Positions 10,761 through 24,652 are shown, counted from the first letter of the whole stretch. The stretch: DNA of 59,116 nt, filler included, from Squatina squatina (GCA_031763465.1; 4 parts of 4 records of this genome joined end to end with filler, not necessarily neighbours in it), one strand, 5' to 3'. Numbers and translations are program-made. The notes: generated by a model from the letters alone, not told the origin.

Positions 10761-13700
10761 CAAAAAGTTAAAATAGTTTTCAAATTCAGGAAAGTATACT
10801 AAGATGAAACACAATGCAAAGCATCATATACAGACAGNNNNNNNNNNNNNNNNNNNNNNNNNNNNNNNNNNNNNNNNNNNNNNNNNNNNNNNNNNNNNNN
10901 NNNNNNNNNNNNNNNNNNNNNNNNNNNNNNNNNNNNNAGTCCCGCCCTGACTCGGTTACTGCCTCCAAACAGGACGCTGGGGAATTTTGCCCCCTCTGAT
11001 TTTATTGATTGACTCCCTCTCAGAAGATAAACTATATTAAAGGAAATGGAAAGTAGTTTCTGATTCAGAAGATCTTTATAGAATAAGGACTAGCAAATGC
11101 CATAGGATGAAAATATGCAGTATGTTCTGGTACTTATAAAATATTGCTAGTGAGAGCATTGTGCAGGATATAAGAAGAGACTGTAAGCAGAAAATAATTG
11201 TGGTTGTCACTTTTCCATAACAAATGTAATTTACACTTCTGGTGCTGAGTGTTCATTGATATATTCTCAGAACTTTATATTATGGGGAACCAGTCTCCTC
11301 AAAACGGCCCATCTTTAACACTGCATGCATTTGGATTCAATCAGTGCAGTTTAATATAAACATATATAATATATAAATATGATATAATATATACAAACAC
11401 GTTATATATATGTTATATATATAATATTTATACAGCAGAGTGGTCATAAAGACAAGTCGACACATCAGTGATATAATACATATGTACACATAAACTCTAC
11501 ATAAACTGTATATTTTACAATTTTTATACTACTTATTTTTTTTTTAGAAAAGCCGATTTCAACACTCATTCACTACAATAATGAAAAACATTTAGATCTT
11601 GTCCTTGATTTTGCTGTACAAATTTGTTTCTTTTTTTGCATAAAAATATATCTCTGTACAAAAAAAAGGGTTCTTTCCACGCAATGCAAGTTTGATGCAC
11701 GTGATTCAGTGGAAGAAAAGGTCTCTTGCAGAATAAAGTTGATATAAATAAATATCCTGTGTTGAAGCAAGTCAAGGTATACCTATGTGTATTTTTGAGG
11801 AGAAGCTACTTCAGCCACTCAATAAATGAAAAGGGTCATCGTCACTGCTGTGTCTGGCTAGCAGCGTGTCCGGAAAATCCGAGATCGGGTGCCATTTTAC
11901 ATGATGATGCTATTTTTTTTACAAGAAACTAGTTTTCAAATGGATCCAAACTGTCATCTCCACAAAAGTTATGATTTTGTTAAAAAAAATGGCCGCAAAC
12001 TCGCATGATAGCCACTGTTCTTGGTTCTCCAAAGTTGCCAGTGTTTCTATATATGTGAATTTCTGGCATGCAAGTCTGGAAATTCTTGATGCACAGCGAG
12101 TCGAGGAAATAGAAATGGATATTTCTCCTCCACAGTGGTCAGACCTACACAATGAATTAAGTAGGGTAAAGATGCACAGCTAAGTGAGGGCCGCACTGAC
12201 TCAGAGGTCAATTCACTCTCCTCACACACCTCAAAGCTAAAATTCCTTCAGCCAACCAAATATAGGACTCGGTGAAAGTCCAAAGTAGTGCTTCGATCCC
12301 ACCCACTATTACAACGGGGCACACACTGGAAATCTCACAATGGAGATGGGTGTAGCCTTCCCTATCTCTGCATCCCCACAAAGAGGAAAGAAAGGCTTAG
12401 AGGTCAGGGGAAAACAGCCAAACCTATGCTAAATAACATATTTTTAACNNNNNNNNNNNNNNNNNNNNNNNNNNNNNNNNNNNNNNNNNNNNNNNNNNNN
12501 NNNNNNNNNNNNNNNNNNNNNNNNNNNNNNNNNNNNNNNNNNNNNNNNNNNNNNNNNNNNNNNNNNNNNNNNNNNNNNNNNNNNNNNNNNNNNNNNNNNN
12601 NNNNNNNNNNNNNNNNNNNNNNNNNNNNNNNNNNNNNNNNNNNNNNNNNNNNNNNNNNNNNNNNNNNNNNNTGATTGATACCTACTGGCATTCTCCCTCT
12701 CAGCTCCCTTACAATCAGAGGGTGAAGAATGTGCCCATTGCATGGTGCAGACAAACAGCTGTATCTTAAAACTGCACTGTCAACTAGATTTTACACTTTT
12801 ATGGAGAGTGTCACTTTAGGTAGGTCCCAGCACTTAATTAAACGATGGTATCACCCCCTTTAATTTGGAGTGCAGTAGGACTGTGGTGTGACAAAGCTTG
12901 ATCAATATGGTGGAATCAGAGATTCCGATATATATTGGCCGCTTTAGTTTCGCAGGCGCACCATTAACAGGGACAAGCAGTTAATTCCACCATCACTCTA
13001 CACAATGCAGATGACCATCTCTGGGACAATTTAAGAACTAAAATAAAATTCTGCAGCAATTGACTATGAACACTATCAGCAGTAGCAAAACTCTCATTTT
13101 AGCTTGAAAACATTAAGACTAAATTCAAATGTTGCATAATTAATTGCAAAACACATGACCACTCTGAATTTAAACATAGATAGATCTGCTGTATTTCCGA
13201 AATATGTATTTTTAAAATTCCACACCATCGTCACAGACATCCAAAGCTACAACGCATCCAGGATTCTGAAACTGGATCAGTTAAGGGGAAAAAGAAATTT
13301 GGAAAAAAAAAGATAGCATGGTAACAACATAGCTTTAGCATGTTTTGTACTTGAGATAGGATGTTTTTGCTAAATGTTCTATCTCAAGCCTACTTTTAGT
13401 TACATTGTTTAAAATATTATATAGTATAAATCCATTTTAAACTGATGTTTGACTGAGAGGTTGCTATTGCAACCAGTGATGGTAAACTCCCTCATTTTTT
13501 CCCCATTTTGGTTCTCCTGTGTGACAAATTAAATGTGAACCGAAAGGATCAGCAGGGGACCTGGTCCCTCAGATTAGGCCAAGGCTTCTCGGAACTGGCT
13601 GCTAAGAGTTACAAGGCAGCTTTGCCGCTGATTTTCCCTCTCCATCTGTGAGAAAGTACCCAGCTTCTGGTCAACACCTCCCAGTACTAGAGCTGTTATC

Positions 13701-14417
13701 AGAAACTCAAAAGGATTTGGGCAAGTTTATCCATGCAACGATGGTGCAAAGTCTTGGAACCTCAGCACCCTCTGCAACAAACAACTCACTTTAATGCTTT
13801 CTATGGAAAAAGGCAAACATTTAAATTGAATTTCTTTACTCATACTGGTTCAATTCTAGATGAAAGAGTTTGGCTGTGATCCGAAACACAAGGGTGTGAT
13901 GTCACCCTGATCCATTCACTATTTCCGTCGCTATCACATTACCTGGATATGACCTTGGATGGCCTCTTCCCTCTGGAAGTTCAGAAATATGGTGTCCTAA
14001 ATTAGTAATTGAAAAAAGCAATATTGTTTGATGCTCTTCAGAAAAGGAATTATAAACTTTCTACTGTGTTTTTCCCCTTTGCTAAAATATTTTGCAATTT
14101 GAAAGATGTCTATTGATTAGCTTTTCATTAAAAGAATCCACCTGCCCACTTTTAGTCTTGCCTGGAGGCATTACTCAAATCTGTGTTGTGCAATGTTCAC
14201 TGTCTTAATGAATCACCTACACACAAGACCACTTCAATGTACAAAATAGAAAAAGGGAAAGAGAGCGGGGGAGAAAAAAAAGAGAAAAAGGAAGAGATAC
14301 AGAGAGAATAGGGAAAGTGATATAGAGATAGAGAGAGTTGCAACCAGATTTACAAGCACGTGGGGCAAAGTGTCTTTCACCAGANNNNNNNNNNGGCAGG
14401 TCTGTAGAATACACTAA

Positions 14418-14510
14418 TAAGGAATAGTCTTCTCAAGGGCAATTGGGGTGGGCAATAAATGCTGGCCTTATCAGCCATGCCCACATCCCATGAACTAATA
14501 AAAAAAAAGA
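14418..14510 (+). mobile_element. 3' terminus of a non-LTR retroelement with poly(A) tail
   Basis: CTTCTCAAGGGCAATTGGGGTGGGCAATAAATGCTGGCC...GCCCACATCCCATGAACTAATAAAAAAAAA resembles a common shark LINE 3' end (from memory). Confidence 0.5.
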
Positions 14511-15589
14511 GTACAGAGATTAGGTTCATACTTTACACATTTCCCCAAGGGTTCAGCTGATCCAGTGTAATGCAGTCACCTTTTCAAATTCAGTTAAGAT
14601 TGAAGAAGTTGACCGAGCTTTTCCGCGTCTATGCTCACTCGCTCTCGGCTTCCTTCCGATTAAAGTGAATGGGAGAAAAACTCTGACTGTCAAGTCCAGA
14701 AGTGGAAAACCCTGGCTGCTGTGTCTCATGAAGTAAATGTATGGAGATATATAAAGAACAGGAGAGCATCATTCTACAACCAACGTCNNNNNNNNNNNNN
14801 NNNNNNNNNNNNNNNNNNNNNNNNNNNNNNNNNNNNNNNNNNNNNNNNNNNNNNNNNNNNNNNNNNNNNNNNNNNNNNNNNNNNNNNCGTGAGGATTTAG
14901 ATGGGCAGCCCAGCCAGTTAAAGGGCCTGCACTCCGAAAAAAAAAGGAAACAATGCCACCAAGCAATTCGACAATTAAGCATGAGGTAAACTAAGTTTTA
15001 ATTGAGGACAGTCTGCTTGATTAAAGGATGAGACCACAGGCGTCACACAGTATTGCTATTAATTTGCTGCAATCCTTTTTCTAAAAGGTACACTGTGTGT
15101 TCGTTAAGGTTAGGCTGGGGGTGCAATGGAATGCTATTCCACTTCTTGCATTCAGTGTCAGTATCAATTACTCAGAGGTCAGGTACAACACAAGTCAGAT
15201 GTAGAGGAAAGCTCTTTGTATTCAATTAGGCGATTTGCCTCAACTTCAGCCTCAGAAGATAATTTCCCTATTGCACCACAGTGAATTCTGCATACCTTAT
15301 AACAACCATTATTGTGGCCTGTCTGAATGAGGCCGTCAATGTAATAAGGGCTGAATTATGGAGTGGTGCAATCTGTGTCAATGCAACAGTTGTGAAAGGA
15401 AAATATTGTAACGTACAGCGTTATATAGCCCTATGCAGGTAGTGTTCCTCAACAGAAAGTGGACATCTGTGAACCCAGTCAGAAGTCAGTAAAGGTACCA
15501 AAACTGGGTAACTTAATGATCTTAAAACATCTTGCCTGTGCACCACATTCACCTCCACTACTTACCAATGCCTTTGTAAAGAGTAAGTG

Positions 15590-15760
<171 letters not shown>

Positions 15761-17044
15761 TCAGAACACAGTCAAATTCCAACCCACTTACAGAGTTACC
15801 CAGATAGAGGTTAAGCAAACTCTTCTGCTACATATAGGCAGTCAGTTCCAGTAGCAAACACTTTGCACTCACTCCCAATATACAGAATTCCAACAGATAA
15901 ATCAGTTCCCATTCACTTCCACTGTATAGAGTTTCAATGGATTATCCAGTTCTCATTCATTCTCGCTGAATNNNNNNNNNNNNNNNNNNNNNNNNNNNNN
16001 NNNNNNNNNNNNNNNNNNNNNNNNNNNNNNNNNNNNNNNNNNNNNNNNNNNNNNNNNNNNNNNNNNNNNNNAGAGCTGTACATTTTCGATTCTGTCACAA
16101 AAGATTACATAGCTCTTTCCATGAAATCGCTGAAATTATTTTGAATAAAAAATCAATCCTGGGGTTAACTTGCTCTGTGCATTAAAACTAACGCATAAGT
16201 TAATTGTGCACTGAAGCGCAGTCATTTTGTGCAGCGCAGTTAACGCAGCAGATGCTAAATTTTGCCCATGCTGCTATAATTGCTACCAGAAGTAAAGGGG
16301 TATAACTCATTTTAATGCACTGCCACCGCGTGATAGCCTTCCTGTTTGTTAATGAGCATTTGAAGGGTAGCTCCCCAAATTCTTACGGTTTGACTTTTAA
16401 CAAAGACGCCTGCTCAGAACTGATATTACAGCAGCAGAGGGAATAGGCAGATACTTAAAGAGAACCAGCATGTGGGGAATTTAATATATACAGTGGAACG
16501 GAGAGTGAAGAAAATCCAATGCTGTCTCGATGGGCAAATGCTCAACATGCTGGAAGCACCCTTATGTGGGTGTCCAGGGCATGTGCTACCACTGAAGTCA
16601 TGGTTATATCACTGTGATACAGCATTTTGTGCTTGAGAAGTCAAGAACGTAAGAGCAATAGCACAGCATGGTGTTAAAATGTGAACTTTGCATTGTGAAT
16701 AATGTGCTCTGTATCAGCATGTTACCAACAGAATGACGGGAATTTACTAGACATCCTGAGGCTCAACCTGCAATTAGCATGGTATGATTTAATCCTCCAT
16801 ACAACACTGGTATTCAACCAGGGACACAAAAAGAATCAAGATGTGTTTATAGGTTGTGACATCTCAACAGGACTCTTTCTAAACAGAAGACTTGGATGCT
16901 GCCAGTTCAAGAATGCTTGCATACTTATCACTTTTACATTAATCACAATGCAAATTAATAACAAGTTTACAAATATCATGAATATTTACCTTCGCTTATA
17001 AGCCATCCCCAACATGACAGGCACTACTTAATTGTATTGGAAAT

Positions 17045-17144
17045 NNNNNNNNNNNNNNNNNNNNNNNNNNNNNNNNNNNNNNNNNNNNTTAATTAATTAA
17101 NNNNNNNNNNNNNNNNNNNNNNNNNNNNNNNNNNNNNNNNNNNN
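17045..17144. other. Artificial scaffold-joining spacer
   Basis: 44 N + TTAATTAATTAA (17089-17100, stops in all six frames) + 44 N. Confidence 0.97.
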
Positions 17145-17387
17145 TATTAGCAAAGCATTCTAATGCACAAGTTCTTACTAGCCATCAGTATCTACCTACC
17201 ATAACCCCATGAACAGTTGTGGTACCTGATCATTACACAAACATTTGTACAAAATTATTTCAGTTCATAGTAGTACTCTTGCTATAAATGATATCACTGG
17301 CTGCAAATGAAGAGTGATGGAAATAATGTGAAGTAATGACATGGATTGATATATAAGCAATTTATTGTACGGCACCGCTGCACTTAC

Positions 17388-17440
17388 ATGGAGAACAAGT
17401 GTGCTTCGGGTGACCCGGTCAACAGGTTTATATAGAAGAG
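17388..17440 (-). CDS. BCR: BCR exon 7 (DH/RhoGEF domain), 53 nt
   Basis: TTTTTCTCCAG | xLLYKPVDRVTRSTLVLH | GTAAGT. Confidence 0.9.
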
Positions 17441-18112
17441 CTGGAGAAAAAGAGAACAACAGTGAAATAAGCTCGATATTAGACATGGACAACACTTGAG
17501 GAAAAAATAGATAAACATCCTTAAAATACAATTTCCCAGATCTATTTTACTCAGCACTTCCAGCTTTCTTCAATATATAATTTTCCAATTTTCTCCACTC
17601 CTGTTGCTGGGGCACCATTCCACAGACACTGGCAACCCTTTGGTACCTTGTCCAAGTGGTCATTCTTCACGCATGAGCCTAGATAGACAATGAGTGTTGG
17701 CAGGTTATCTGCCTGTGGAGGGCATCATAGCCAAACTCACTGCTGTCTTCACCTAGTAGCCCCAGGCACAGTACTGAACAGTGATCGGAAGCAGGAATAC
17801 TGGCAAACTGCAGTACAGTCTGAAGTAAGTGAAAGTGTCAAAGGGATGATTGTGAACACATCCAATGACTGGTACTATAGTTTTTTTTTCTATACTGGGA
17901 TATGAGAAATGTATATTGTTAAGCAGGAAGTTATCCACAGTGTTTATTTGCTTATCTGACACATTTCTGTAGCTCCCTATTTGAGGGTTGGAAGTGAGGG
18001 AGTCAAGTAGGANNNNNNNNNNNNNNNNNNNNNNNNNNNNNNNNNNNNNNNNNNNNNNNNNNNNNNNNNNNNNNNNNNNNNNNNNNNNNNNNNNNNNNNN
18101 NNNNNNNNNNNN

Positions 18113-18390
18113 TTGTTGGGCTTGCTATGTATTGGCTAAAAACATTCTCCTGAATGTATTTTAAGAATTCTGCTCCCTTTGTGCCTTTTAGACTAATTCC
18201 ATTCCAGTTAATATTAGGGTAGTTGAAATCCCCCACTTTTACTGCCCAATTGTTTTTGCACTTCTCAGAGATTTGCCAACATAATTGATCCTCTTTCCCC
18301 CTCTGCCTGTTTGGGGGCTCTGTAGTACACTCCCAGTAGTGAGATTGCTCCTTTTTTGTTCTTCAATCCAATACATATGGCCTCATTTGA
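18113..18390 (-). mobile_element. CR1 LINE ORF2 endonuclease remnant
   Basis: GDFNYPNINWNGISLKGTKGAEFLKYIQENVFSQYIASPT contains the AP-endonuclease GDFN motif in CR1 context. Confidence 0.8.
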
Positions 18391-18937
18391 TATGATGCAA
18401 CAGATTTTAAGCAAGTGCAGGGGTAGGGAAAGGGGAGGAGAGGAAAGGACAAAAGGGATGGTCTGTGATAGGGTGGAGGACAGGAGAAACTAAATGACAA
18501 AGTACAAAGCAAAAGGATGTTAGAGAGAGCCAAAAGCAAATAGTAATGGGACAAGTAAAGAAACAAACATTGAGTCTAAAAGAGGTGTGAAAGGTTAAAA
18601 CTGTTAATGGGTGAAACTATAGATGAAGAATAGAAGTGTTCAAAAAAGAATTAAGCTTTGAACCATGAATAAGACATGAAATTATGGACCATTTAACCCA
18701 ACAAAGATAGTGGAAAGTGCTCAACAGTATTTTACTTGACGCTATCAATGTTCGGTGCCAAGGCATTAGGATGTATTTAGATGTCGCAGGTCAAGCCCCA
18801 TAAATCTGATGGAAATTTTGAGGAGCTAACTAATAAGCTACTAAGAGAAATCCAGTTGATATAACGTACTTGGATCTGTAGAATGATTTGATATAGTTCC
18901 ATATTTGAGGCTAACAAAGATCATTGTATGAGGTTAC

Positions 18938-19123
18938 CAGTTTTTGAAAGAGGTCTCCAACACACTGATGGTGACTCCATTGCTGAACTCTGGGGAAAAG
19001 GCCATCATAGAATTCCTTGTGTATCTCATAAAGCTCAGGCACTTTGAAGAAGATGGTCTCTATCTGTTGGTTGGTAAGGACTGGCTGAGATGTGGTGGCA
19101 GCTGCTTTAAGAGGTTTCATAGG
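18938..19123 (-). CDS. BCR: BCR exon 4, 186 nt
   Basis: TTGCAG | [62 protein letters not shown] | GTAACC; near-identical to the recalled BCR DH domain. Confidence 0.95.
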
Positions 19124-19403
19124 CTGCAAGATAAATGTAAAATAAAATGAAGGACCATGTACAAATACAACTCCTGGAAAACCTGAACACCAGCAAACTC
19201 AATTCCACAAGTGTGGTAGTATCACCGTAAAATCTTTCAATACAGGAGACTTTCAGCAGTAATTGGGATATAACAAGTAATTCCAAATAACCAAGTCCAG
19301 ATACAATTGTATTATATCTTGTGATTTTTATTTTCACATTCTCGTGTTACCAAGTCTTTTATCTTACAAACTGTACATGTATTGCTTTTAACTGAAAAAA
19401 AAG

Positions 19404-19510
19404 AAAGACTCGCATTTACATGGCACCTTTCATGACCACCAATGTCTCAAAGCGCTTTGCAGCCAATGATATACTTTTGAAGTGTAGTCACTGTTGTAAT
19501 GTGGGAAACG
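19404..19510 (-). mobile_element. Isolated SINE 3' tail
   Basis: Reverse complement of the tail seen at 5950-6061, truncated at the same TTTCC point. Confidence 0.75.
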
Positions 19511-19907
19511 ACCCAAGGCATTTCAAACTTCAAACTGATATGATTTAGGGNNNNNNNNNNTTAGGGAGGAGAGAGACGTCAACAGGCAGAAAGGTTTAGA
19601 CAGGGAACTGTGGGGCCAAGGTGGGTAAAGGCTTTGTCACTAATTCTGAACAGGATGGAAGGGCTGGAGAAGGTTGCAGGGGCAGAGAGGGGCAAGGCTT
19701 GCTAAGACATTTAGATGGGGACTTGGAAGCCAATGTAGAGTCAATAAGAGGGGTGATTGGTGAGTGAGACAATGAGATTTATAGAGGATGGAAGTCAAAC
19801 AGCCGGGNNNNNNNNNNNNNNNNNNNNNNNNNNNNNNNNNNNNNNNNNNNNNNNNNNNNNNNNNNNNNNNNNNNNNNNNNNNNNNNNNNNNNNNNNNNNN
19901 NNNNNNN

Positions 19908-21375
19908 ATGGGCTTCAATTTTGCTAACAAGCTTAATATGTGGTACTTTATCAAACGCCTTTTGAAAGTCCATACACACATCAACTGCACTGCCCTAATC
20001 CAACCTTTCTGCCAGCTCATCAATAACTCAATCAAGTTAGTCAAACACAATTTGCCCTTAGCAAATTCGTGCTGGCCTTCCTTTATTAGTCCATGCTTGT
20101 CCAAGTGGCTGTTCATTTTCGCCCGGATTATGGTTTCTAAAAGCTTCCCCACCACCGATGTTAAACTGATTGTAGTTGCCAGGTTTATCCTTCTCCTCTT
20201 TTTGAACAAGGATGTAACATTTGCAATCCTCCAGTCCTTTGGCACCAACCCTGTATCTAAGGATGATTAGAAGATTGTGGCTAACACCTCCGCAATTTCT
20301 ACCCTTATTTCCCTCAGCATCCCATCCGGACCAGGTGACTTATCTACTTTAATTACCACCATCCTTTCTAGTAACTCATCTTTATGTGTTTTTTATCTCA
20401 TGCAGTATCCCAGCAATCTCCTCGTGTACCATTGCTTTGGCAAAGTCCTCAAAGTAAACATGATGCAATGTACTCATTTAGTACTTCAGCCATGCCTTCT
20501 GCCTCCACCAATAGATCTCCATTTTGGTGTCTAAATCAGCCCCACAACTCCTCTGAAAACCCTTTCACAGTTAACATGCCTGTAGAAGACCTTTGGTTTT
20601 GTTGGCCACCAATCTATTCTCATATTGTCTTTTAGCCCTCTTATTTCCTTTTGTACTTCTCCTCTGCACTTCTTATATTCAGCCTGATTCTCCCTGGTAT
20701 TATAAACCTAATATCTGTCATTTGCCCCCTTTTTCGGCTCCATCTTACTCTCTAACTCTAACATCGTCTCGGGAGCTCTGGCTTTGATTGCCCTCCTTTT
20801 GCCCCTTGTAGGAATCTACCTAGAGTACCCGAACCACCTCCTCTTTAAAGATTGCCCATTGCTCCATTACATTTCTGTCTGCCAGTTTTGGACTCCAATT
20901 TACCCAGGCCAGATCCCTCCTCAATTCACTAAAATTATCCCATCTCCAGTTAAGAATTTTACTTTAGATTGTTCTTTGTCCTTCTCCATAATTAATCTAA
21001 ATCTTACAATACTATGATCACTACTCCCGAGGTGCTCTCCAACTGTGACATTATCACTTCATTCCCCAGGACTAGATTCAGCAATGCCCTCTTCCTTGTT
21101 GGGCAGGTAACATATTGATCAAGAAAATTCTCCTGAACACACTTAGAAATTCCTCCCCTTCTCTGCCCTCAACACAATCACTGTCCCATTCAATATTGGT
21201 TTAGTTAAAGTCTCCCATTAGCATGAGCCTATAGTTTGTGCACCTCTCAGTAATTTCTTTGCAAATCTGCTCTTCTATCTCCTTCCCATTATTTGGTGGC
21301 CTATAAAATACACCAAGTAGGGTAATAGCTCCTTTATTGTTTCTCAACTCCAACCACATAGAGTCTTTGATCCCT
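19908..21375 (-). mobile_element. Decayed CR1 LINE ORF2 (endonuclease to RT N-terminus)
   Basis: VPKDWRIANVTSLFKK, ISLTSVVGKLLETIIR, QHEFAKGKLCLTNLIE and MDFQKAFDKVPH, with MGDFN near 21220; multiple frameshifts. Confidence 0.88.
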
Positions 21376-21521
21376 CATGGAAATTCTCACCTAATTATGT
21401 ATTATTTCTAATAGTGCTTCAATTTACTAGCTCAAGCCTCAATTTTTCACTGGACTGCATCCTGTTGTTGTGTGAATGTTAAATAGATTTGTGTTGCAGA
21501 AAAAGGGTACTCTATACATAC

Positions 21522-21626
21522 CAATAAAAGTGCCTCTAGATGATTCAAGTATGTTTCCTCGCTGGCTAGGATTCCAGACAGAACCCATTTTCGCATCTCC
21601 AAGCCCTTCTCCAAATCTGGTTCACT
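21522..21626 (-). CDS. BCR: BCR exon 3, 105 nt
   Basis: TTTTCCTACAG | SEPDLEKGLEMRKWVLSGILASEETYLNHLEALLL | GTATGT. Phase 0/0, joining exons 2 and 4 in frame. Confidence 0.95.
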
Positions 21627-22158
21627 CTGTAGGAAAATAGAAATAATATATCATGTCTCTATCACAGTATGTATGGAAAGACAGTTGATCTCAAAGTCAA
21701 TGAGAGCTATAGCTTTGGTTTACCAAAAATACATGACAAATACATCAAAATACCTTCAATTGCTACTTGGAATCTAACATTTCTTTTTGTAATAGATGTT
21801 GATTATTACTGCAGTTTAATCTCTGCTATGCATACAACTACTGCATTAAATGCAGTTAGTCAAGCTGGTTAACAAGCTGAGCAATTCAGACCAGAAAGGT
21901 CCTTAGTTTTTGCTGAGTTAACTAATGTTAATAGGGGCATTAACTGGGTTAAAGCGGGGGAAGTCTGTCAGAGCTCCTGAACACTGTCCAGAAACCCCTA
22001 GGTTAGAGTGAGGGGAAATCAGCCAGGGTTCCTGCTCCTGATTACTGTCCAGTGACCCNNNNNNNNNNNNNNNNNNNNNNNNNNNNNNNNNNNNNNNNNN
22101 NNNNNNNNNNNNNNNNNNNNNNNNNNNNNNNNNNNNNNNNNNNNNNNNNNNNNNNNNN

Positions 22159-24652
22159 GAATGAGTGAATGAGTGAGAAACAATTGGGGAATGTGCAAGT
22201 GAGTGAGAAACAATCGGAGAATGAGTGAGTGAGTGAGAAACACTCAGGGAATGAGTGAATGAGTGAGAAACAATTGGGGAATGTGCAAGTGAGTGCGAAA
22301 CACTCGGGGAATGAGTGGGGAGTTTGTGAGAAACACTCAAGGAATGAGCAAGTAAGTGAGTGAGATACACTCAGGAAATGAGTGAATGAGTGAGAAAAGA
22401 TTGGAGAATGTGCGAGTGAGTGCGGAAAACTCGGGGATTCAGTGAGTGAGAAACACTCGGGGAATGAGCCAATGTGTGAGTGAGTGAGAGACGCATGAGG
22501 AATGAGTGAGTGAGTGAGAAATGCTCAGGGAATGAGTGAGTGAGTGAGAGACACTCGGGGAATGAGTGAGTGAGTCAGTGAGTGAGAAACACACGGGGAA
22601 TGAATGAGTGAGTGAGAAACACTCGGGGAATGAGTGAGTGATAAACTCTCAGGGAATGAGTGGGGAGTGTGCAAGAAACACTCAAGGAATGAGCGAGTGA
22701 GTGAGTGAGTGAGAAGCACTCAGAGAATGAGCAAATGTGTGAGTGAGTGAGAGAGGAATGAGGAATGAGTGAGTGAATGTATGAGAAAAACTCGTGGAAT
22801 GAGTGAGTGCGTGAGAAACAATCGGGGAATGAGTGAGTGAGAAACACTCAGCGAATGAGTGAGTGAGTGAGAAACATTCGGGGAAGGAGCAAATGAGAGA
22901 GTGAGTGAGAAACACTCGGGGAATGAGCAAATGTGTGAGTAAGTGTGAAAAGCTTGCGGAATGAGTGAGTGAGAAACAATTGGGGAATGAATGAGTGAGT
23001 GAGAAACACTCAGGGAATGAGTGAGTGAGCAAGTGAGAAACACTCAGGGAAAGAGTGAGTGAGACACACTCGGGGAATGAGCAAATGTGTGAGTGAGTGA
23101 GAGATGCACGAGGAATGAGTGAATGAATGAGAAACGCTCGGGGAATGAGTGAGTGAGTGAGTGAGAAACACTCAGGGAATGAGTGAGTGGGAAACTCAGG
23201 GAATGAGTGAGAAACTCTTAGGAAATTAGTGAATGTGTGAGAACTGCTTGGGGAATGAGCAAGTGCATGAGAAACAATCGGGGAATGAGTGAGTGAGAAA
23301 CACTCAGGGAATGAGTGAGTGAGCGAGTGAGAAACACTAAGGGAAAGATTGAGTGAGTGAGAAGCAATCGAATAATGATTGAGTGAGTCAGTGAGTGAGA
23401 AACACGGGGAATGAGTGAGTGAGTTGGAAGCACTTGGAGAATCAATGAGTCAGTGAGTGAGAAACACTCAAAGTTAGGGAGTGAGAAACACTCAGGGAAT
23501 GAGTGAGTTAGTGAGTGAGAAAATCTTGGGGAATGAATGAGTGCATGAGAAACACTCAGGGAATGGGTGAGTCAGGAACTCTCAGGGAATGACTGAATGA
23601 GAGAGAAACACTTAGGGATTGAGTGAAAAACTCTTAGGAAATGAGTGAATGTGTGAGAAATGCTTGGGGAATGAGCGAGTGAGCGAGAAACACTCGGGGA
23701 ATGAGTGAGTGAGCGAGAAACACTCAGGGAATGAGTGAGTGAGTGAGATACACTCAGGGAATTAGTGAGTGAGCGAGAAAAACTTGGGGAATGAGCGTGT
23801 GAGTGAGTGAGAAACACTTGGGGAGTGAGTGAGTGAGAAACGCTCAGGGAATGAGTGAGTGAGTCAGTGAGAAACACTCAGATAATGAGTGGCTGAGAAA
23901 CACTCGGGAAATGAGTGAGTGAGCGAGTGAGAAACACTAAGGGAAAGATTGAGTGAGTGAGAACACTTGGGGAATGACCAAAAGTGTGAGAGAGTGGGAA
24001 ACACTTGGGGAATGAGTAAGTGAGTGATAAATGCTCGGGGAATGAGTGAGTGACTGAGAAACATTCGGAGAATGATTGATTGAGTCATTGAGTGAGAAAC
24101 ACGGGGAATGAGTGAGTGAGTGAGAAACACTCGGGGGAATCAATGAGTGAGTGAGTGAGAAACACTCAAATTTAGTGAGTGAGAAACACTAGGGAATAAG
24201 TGAATGAGCTAGTGAGTGAGAAACACTCAGGAAATGAGTGAGGGAGAAACACTCAAGGAGTGAGTGAGTGAGAAATAATTGGGGAATGAGCGAGTGAGTG
24301 AGAAACATTCGGGGAATGAGCAAATGTGTGAGTGAGTGGGAAACACTTGGGGAATGAGTGAGTGAGTGAGAAACGCTTGGGGAATGAGTGAGTGAGAAAC
24401 TCTCGGGGAATGACTGAGTGAGTGAGAAACACTCAGGGAATGAGTGAGAGAGAAACACTCAGTGATTGAGAGAAAAACACTTAGGAAATGAGTGAATGTG
24501 TGAGAAATGCTTAGGGAATGAGCAAGTGAGTGGGAAACAATCGGGGAATGAGTGAGTGAGTGAGAAACATTCAGGGAATGAGTGAATGAGTGAGAAACAA
24601 TTGGGGAATGTGCAAGTGAGTGAGAAACAATCGGAGAATGAGTGAGTGAGTG
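22159..24652. repeat. Compound GAGT-rich satellite, a gap-flanked contig
   Basis: Unit approximately GGGAAT(GAGT)2-4GAGAAACACTC, about 24-40 bp, strongly purine-biased on the + strand. It is the source of all the HSL/THS-rich ORFs. Confidence 0.97.

Noticed and set aside
16985-17044. Possible upstream CSMD2 exon ending ...AYKRR | GTAAAT
   Set aside because: There is an in-frame stop 13 codons upstream and no match to the expected transmembrane segment.
17089-17100. TTAATTAATTAA as a biological palindrome or regulatory site
   Set aside because: It occurs three times centred in identical N padding, so it is a synthetic linker.
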